The notes under the pieces are model-generated. The model did not search any database, was not told where the DNA came from, and saw only the letters and a program-made list of their open reading frames with translations. Both the position numbers and the translations under genes were made by a program. Below are positions 60,039 through 64,000 of a DNA stretch of 64,000 bases, in pieces. The DNA lies in IMG/VR virus record IMGVR_UViG_3300046171_000271; one strand, 5' to 3'. This DNA comes from a virus. Taxonomy: Duplodnaviria > Caudoviricetes. Positions within the stretch are counted from its first letter, which is position 1. Every line of letters begins with the position of its first letter.

Positions 60039-60063
60039 CAATGGTTCAGCTTTCCTCTATAAT
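60035..60063 (+). promoter_or_regulatory. sigma70-type promoter TTGACA-17-TATAAT
   Basis: Perfect consensus upstream of tRNA-Ser/Pro. Confidence 0.85.
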
Positions 60064-60128
60064 AATGTTATATGCTCTGTGCTCCCTACCATCGTAAACT
60101 TCACGCTGGTTTTTGGAAATAATTTAAT

Positions 60129-60211
60129 GGAGAGAGTCCGGTTGGCCGAGGACACCGCCTTGAAAGCGGCTGAGGGTAACACCTTCGCAGGTTCGATTCC
60201 TGTTCTCTCCG
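60129..60211 (+). tRNA. tRNA-Ser(TGA)
   Basis: GGAGAGA/TCTCTCC, loop CT TGA AA, long variable arm. Confidence 0.9.
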
Positions 60212-60213
60212 CT

Positions 60214-60287
60214 CGGGATGTAGCTCAGTTTGGTAGAGCACTCGCTTTGGGAGCGAGTGGCCGTAGGTTCAAATCCTATCATCCCGA
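60214..60287 (+). tRNA. tRNA-Pro(TGG)
   Basis: CGGGATG/CATCCCG, CTCGC-TT TGG GA-GCGAG. Confidence 0.95.
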
Positions 60288-60572
60288 TTGTGTTTGTATC
60301 AAGATGTTACACTCTTTAGAGAATATTTTGTTTCTATATACAATTATACCTGCATAAAAATATTGATTGTTTTTTATCTTCTTATCTTAACACTTATTGC
60401 GTTAATCATAATAGGTGGTTATGATGCAACTATGCGACTTATTGCATATATTGATCTTAAAGTCAGGTACTCTTTGATAAAAATAAGATCATATTTTTTG
60501 ATGAGAAAACTCAGATCTCAACTTACAAGAGATAGAAAACAATTACTCAAGGAGTTTAAGAAGAATGTCTGA
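60288..60572 (+). CDS. Hypothetical membrane protein (start uncertain)
   Basis: Hydrophobic segment then IGGYDATMRL... Confidence 0.55.
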   Translation: MCLYQDVTLFREYFVSIYNYTCIKILIVFYLLILTLIALIIIGGYDATMRLIAYIDLKVRYSLIKIRSYFLMRKLRSQLTRDRKQLLKEFKKNV

Positions 60573-60813
60573 TGAGCAAACATCTTTGTCGTCTGATACT
60601 AAAACTTGCCCTAATTGTGGTGCCACATGGATAGGTGGACAACATTACTGGAGCGGAACTGGAAAATTAGGAAACGAGTTAGATCTTGCTGGTTTAGTAT
60701 GTAATAACCTTGGCGATGAAACCTGCATAAACCCTTGCGTAGGTATGGAAGGTGGAGTAACATGGGAGAAGAGGATGTCCCAGTTAGACAAAGATGAGTC
60801 ACAGAATGGATGA
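60565..60813 (+). CDS. Small Cys-containing hypothetical protein
   Basis: CPNCGATW...DLAGLVCN...CINP. Confidence 0.7.
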   Translation: MSDEQTSLSSDTKTCPNCGATWIGGQHYWSGTGKLGNELDLAGLVCNNLGDETCINPCVGMEGGVTWEKRMSQLDKDESQNG

Positions 60814-60988
60814 GATTAAACCAGAGCACTATGTTACAGAAAAACAGTGCCAAGAAATGATCGACAAAGCAATTGACAAACACAATAAAACTGCTACACT
60901 AATAAGTGCAATCCTAGGTTCTATAGTCCTAGGATTCTATTCTCACGGACTTTTTGCCCTGGTAAATAAATGGAAATCTTTTCTTTAA
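60806..60988 (+). CDS. Small hypothetical protein with hydrophobic C-terminus
   Basis: MDEIKPEHYVTEKQCQEMIDKAIDKHN... Confidence 0.65.
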   Translation: MDEIKPEHYVTEKQCQEMIDKAIDKHNKTATLISAILGSIVLGFYSHGLFALVNKWKSFL

Positions 60989-61140
60989 AGGAATGGGAAG
61001 ATAATTTTGACGAACTCTTTGCAAGAGTTGAGAATGGAGAGAGACTTGGTATTGTTAGAGAAGACGGTAAAGCAGCTGTCTTTATGCCAGTTGACGATGA
61101 ACTAATGAAATTGTATACTGATCATGAAGAGGGATCTTGA
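60970..61140 (+). CDS. Phd/YefM-antitoxin-like small protein
   Basis: My translation: MEIFSLKEWEDNFDELFARVENGERLGIVREDGKAAVFMP...; matches the Phd pattern. Confidence 0.6.
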   Translation: MEIFSLKEWEDNFDELFARVENGERLGIVREDGKAAVFMPVDDELMKLYTDHEEGS

Positions 61141-61215
61141 GGGACTGTCGCCTATCGGTTAAGGCCCACTGCTTATAACGGTGTGAACTGGGTTCAACTC
61201 CCAGCAGTCCTACCA
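61141..61215 (+). tRNA. tRNA-Ile(TAT) with encoded CCA
   Basis: GGGACTG/CAGTCCT, CACTG-CT TAT AA-CGGTG, TTCAACT, ACCA end. Confidence 0.85.
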
Positions 61216-61288
61216 AGGGGTTTAGCAATCTGGTGAATGCAGCAAACTCATAATTTGCCTAAGGCGAGTTCGATCCTCGCAACCCCTA
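61216..61288 (+). tRNA. tRNA with CAT anticodon (elongator Met or Ile2)
   Basis: AGGGGTT/AACCCCT, GCAAA-CT CAT AA-TTTGC; lacks the three G-C pairs of initiator tRNA. Confidence 0.85.
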
Positions 61289-61317
61289 TTGACAACCATA
61301 CATATTTCAGTTATACT
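61289..61317 (+). promoter_or_regulatory. sigma70-type promoter TTGACA-17-TATACT
   Basis: Direct read upstream of ATG 61340. Confidence 0.8.
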
Positions 61318-61339
61318 TGACTCGTCAACATACAAGACA

Positions 61340-61555
61340 ATGACACTGACTACAAAATTCAAGAAGGACGTTCAGACTCTCCGAAGTGCAGCAAACGGAG
61401 AAATCTTTCTCGATGTAAAGAATCCAAAGCTTCTCAAGAAAGTTCGTAAGTATTATGAGAATAACGGAGTAGTATTTTCTGGAGATCCGATGGATGACTA
61501 TGATATTCTGATGGAATACTTGTATAATGATCTTGAAACAGTTGAAGTACAATGA
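61340..61555 (+). CDS. Conserved cyanophage hypothetical protein
   Basis: MTLTTKFKKDVQTL...LDVKNPKLLKKVRKYY...FSGDPMDDY. Confidence 0.75.
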   Translation: MTLTTKFKKDVQTLRSAANGEIFLDVKNPKLLKKVRKYYENNGVVFSGDPMDDYDILMEYLYNDLETVEVQ

Positions 61556-61785
61556 AAGTAATTTTTGAACGCTTTCCCTATCGATACGTTGAATCTGGTA
61601 TGCTAGAAAATGGTATGCCAGACTATCGTATTCAAAAAGCAAATGAATATACCAAGAGATACAGTGACATGTATTTGCTTGATAATCAAATGCAATTGAT
61701 TACTGCTATGGATGATTTTGAATACACCAAATGGTTAGATCCAGAAGGTGTTCCTTGTTATATTAAAGATTGTGTCTCTAAATAG
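61552..61785 (+). CDS. Conserved cyanophage hypothetical protein
   Basis: FERFPYRYVESG...PDYRIQK...MYLLDN. Confidence 0.75.
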   Translation: MKVIFERFPYRYVESGMLENGMPDYRIQKANEYTKRYSDMYLLDNQMQLITAMDDFEYTKWLDPEGVPCYIKDCVSK

Positions 61786-61802
61786 TCCCATATAACCTTA
61801 TT

Positions 61803-62894
61803 ATGTCAGAATTTAATAAGACTGCACTAGTGCTTGGTGCAGGTGGCTTTATCGGAAGCCATATGGTTAAAAGACTCCGAGAGGAGGGTTACTGGGTACG
61901 TGGGGTTGATCTTAAACAACCCGAATTTTCATCAACTCAAGCACATGAATTTGTGCAGGGTGATCTGCGCGACGTTGAATTTGTTCGCCGTGTCATTCAG
62001 TTCAAAGGGTATGCAGGCAACTTCTTTGCCAGTGTTCCTTACCAATACATTCGTCCCTTTGATGAGATCTATCAGTTCGCTGCTGACATGGGTGGTGCAG
62101 GTTTCGTTTTCACTGGAGAAAACGATGCAGATATCATGCACAACTCTGTCACTATCAACCTAAATGTTCTTGAGGAAGTTCGTAAGCTTAACGAGACTTT
62201 TAACTGTGATGTAAAAGAGTGGACAGAAGCAAATCGTCCCAAGTTGGAACAACCTACTAAGATCTTCTACTCTGGATCTGCTTGCATGTATCCAGAACAT
62301 AACCAACTAGATCCTGATAACCCAGATTGCCGTGAAGAATCCGCATACCCCGCCAACCCAGACTCAGAATATGGATGGGAAAAACTATTTTCTGAACGAC
62401 TTTACTTTGCTTATCATCGTAATTACGATATCCCTGTTCGGGTTGCTCGATATCATAATATCTTCGGGCCTGAAGGAACCTGGGAAGGTGGAAGAGAGAA
62501 AGCACCAGCTGCAATCTGCCGTAAAGTCGCAGAGCTCGCGCCAATGGGTGGAACCATCGAGGTGTGGGGAGATGGCTTACAGACTCGTTCCTTCTTGTTC
62601 ATTGACGAATGCATTGAAGCAACTAGAAGGTTGATGGATAGTGACTTTATTGGCCCTGTCAATATTGGTTCTGAAGAGATGGTAACCATCAATGAACTTG
62701 TAGAGACTGCTGCTAGAGTCGCTGGAAAGTCTGTCAAGAAGCGTCATAAGCTTGATGCACCTCTTGGTGTTCGGGGAAGAAATTCTAATAATGATCTTAT
62801 TCGAGAAAAACTTGGTTGGGATTATTCTCAAACACTTGAAGAAGGAATCAGAAAGACGTATAATTGGATTGCTGAGAAGGTTTCTAATCGATGA
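61803..62894 (+). CDS. NAD-dependent epimerase, GDP-mannose 3,5-epimerase-like
   Basis: GAGGFIG, AADMGG, SGSACMYP, YGWEK, EVWGDGLQTRSF. Confidence 0.9.
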   Translation: MSEFNKTALVLGAGGFIGSHMVKRLREEGYWVRGVDLKQPEFSSTQAHEFVQGDLRDVEFVRRVIQFKGYAGNFFASVPYQYIRPFDEIYQFAADMGGAGFVFTGENDADIMHNSVTINLNVLEEVRKLNETFNCDVKEWTEANRPKLEQPTKIFYSGSACMYPEHNQLDPDNPDCREESAYPANPDSEYGWEKLFSERLYFAYHRNYDIPVRVARYHNIFGPEGTWEGGREKAPAAICRKVAELAPMGGTIEVWGDGLQTRSFLFIDECIEATRRLMDSDFIGPVNIGSEEMVTINELVETAARVAGKSVKKRHKLDAPLGVRGRNSNNDLIREKLGWDYSQTLEEGIRKTYNWIAEKVSNR

Positions 62895-63748
62895 TTATTA
62901 CTATATTGGGATCGAGTGGACAGATTGGTGCTTATCTTACTGAGCACTTTCTCTCCAAAGGACATGAAGTTATTGAGATTGACAAAGAGTTAAACCCTCA
63001 GCATAACTTGACTATCATTCCGAATGATTTTGTAGAGAACCAAATCAAACGCTCTGACTTTGTATTTGTTTTGGCATTTGATGTTGGTGGTTCTAGATAT
63101 CTTAAAAAGTACCAGCATACTTTTGACTTTGTTAATAACAATGCTCGTATGATGGCAAATATTTTTACGATGCTTGAGAAATATAAAAAGCGTTTTGTTT
63201 TTGCATCATCTCAGATGAGTAATATGGGTTACTCACCTTATGGAGTATTGAAGCGTGTTGGCGAATTATATACATCCACTTTAAAAGGACTTACCGTAAA
63301 GTTCTGGAATGTATATGGTATCGAAAATGATATGGAAAAAGCACATGTCATTACTGATTTTATTCGCAAAGGATTTGAAGAGACTGAATTTGAGATGCTC
63401 ACTGATGGAACTGAAGAACGTCAGTTTCTCTATGCTGAAGACTGCTGTGAAGCGTTAGAAGCGGTTATGGAGAACTACACAGACTTTAAACCAGAAGATC
63501 CTCTTCATATCACATCATTTCACTCCAATACTATTAGAGAAGTAGCTAATATTATTCAAGGATGTTTCTCAATGGAGGGGATGCATGATGTAAGGATTAT
63601 TTCTGGACTTGCTAAAGATAGTGTTCAGATGGACAAAAGGAATGAAGCAAATACTTATATCCTTGATTGGTGGGTTCCTAAAACTACTATTGATGTGGGT
63701 ATAAAAAAAGTATTTAATGAAATGAAAAAGAATTATGGATATCAATGA
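62891..63748 (+). CDS. NAD-dependent epimerase/dehydratase
   Basis: GSSGQIG, ASS, YGVLK, ERQFLYAED. Confidence 0.88.
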   Translation: MIITILGSSGQIGAYLTEHFLSKGHEVIEIDKELNPQHNLTIIPNDFVENQIKRSDFVFVLAFDVGGSRYLKKYQHTFDFVNNNARMMANIFTMLEKYKKRFVFASSQMSNMGYSPYGVLKRVGELYTSTLKGLTVKFWNVYGIENDMEKAHVITDFIRKGFEETEFEMLTDGTEERQFLYAEDCCEALEAVMENYTDFKPEDPLHITSFHSNTIREVANIIQGCFSMEGMHDVRIISGLAKDSVQMDKRNEANTYILDWWVPKTTIDVGIKKVFNEMKKNYGYQ

Positions 63749-64000
63749 CATTTGAAGTATCTCATTGGAGTGGTAGATTAGGTAATAACATACAGCAAGT
63801 TGCTAATTGCATCATGGCTGCTGAAAAGTATAAGTCTACTTTTATACAAAGATTAGAGCATAGCATTATCTCTAACTATAAAGTTGATTTTAATACCATG
63901 ACAGATGTCTCTCAATGGAATGGCAGGGGACGTTATTATTCATGGGAACCTCTTATCCATTGTGAGAAAGGTATTCATGAGGGTGGTAATGAAATTGGTG
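63745..64000 (+). CDS. Putative glycosyltransferase, GT11/fucosyltransferase-like (3' truncated)
   Basis: My translation: MTFEVSHWSGRLGNNIQQVAN...; GRLGN N-terminal motif. Confidence 0.5.
   Translation, partial: MTFEVSHWSGRLGNNIQQVANCIMAAEKYKSTFIQRLEHSIISNYKVDFNTMTDVSQWNGRGRYYSWEPLIHCEKGIHEGGNEIG

Noticed and set aside
59956-60357. 133-aa ORF spanning the tRNA-Ser/Pro region
   Set aside because: It overlaps two well-formed tRNAs and a consensus promoter; spurious.

Overview
This is a 64 kb segment of a T4-like marine cyanomyovirus (Kyanoviridae type, large-genome S-SM2/P-SSM2-like gene order). Essentially every real gene is on the + strand. Order: two repeat-rich tail fibres with C-terminal intramolecular chaperones; hypothetical late genes; head/tail module (gp17-18-19-20-21-22-23-3); uvsY, uvsW, gp55, gp47, gp46; peptidase/vWA plus CobS-like AAA pair; gp45, gp44, DUF4338-like, gp62, regA; a direct-repeat-flanked SF2 helicase cassette; hsp20; gp43, uvsX, gp41, mazG; an AT-rich nuclease-like gene; a nucleotidyltransferase and late hypotheticals; gp61, nrdA, nrdB, a GIY-YIG gene; 8 tRNAs; and the start of a nucleotide-sugar cluster. 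Single-base indels split gp17, gp20, gp22 and two other genes and are most likely sequencing errors. Most notable: (1) a ~1.85 kb helicase cassette bounded by 41-bp direct repeats of the regA 3' end plus terminator, with a structured leader; (2) an AT-rich PD-(D/E)xK-like gene; (3) a DUF4338/DruA-like gene between the clamp-loader genes; (4) a bidirectional sigma70 promoter upstream of gp55; (5) an orphan Phd/YefM-like gene next to tRNA-Ile(UAU); (6) cassette sharing between the two fibres. All family assignments come from motif recognition by eye; no database searches were run.
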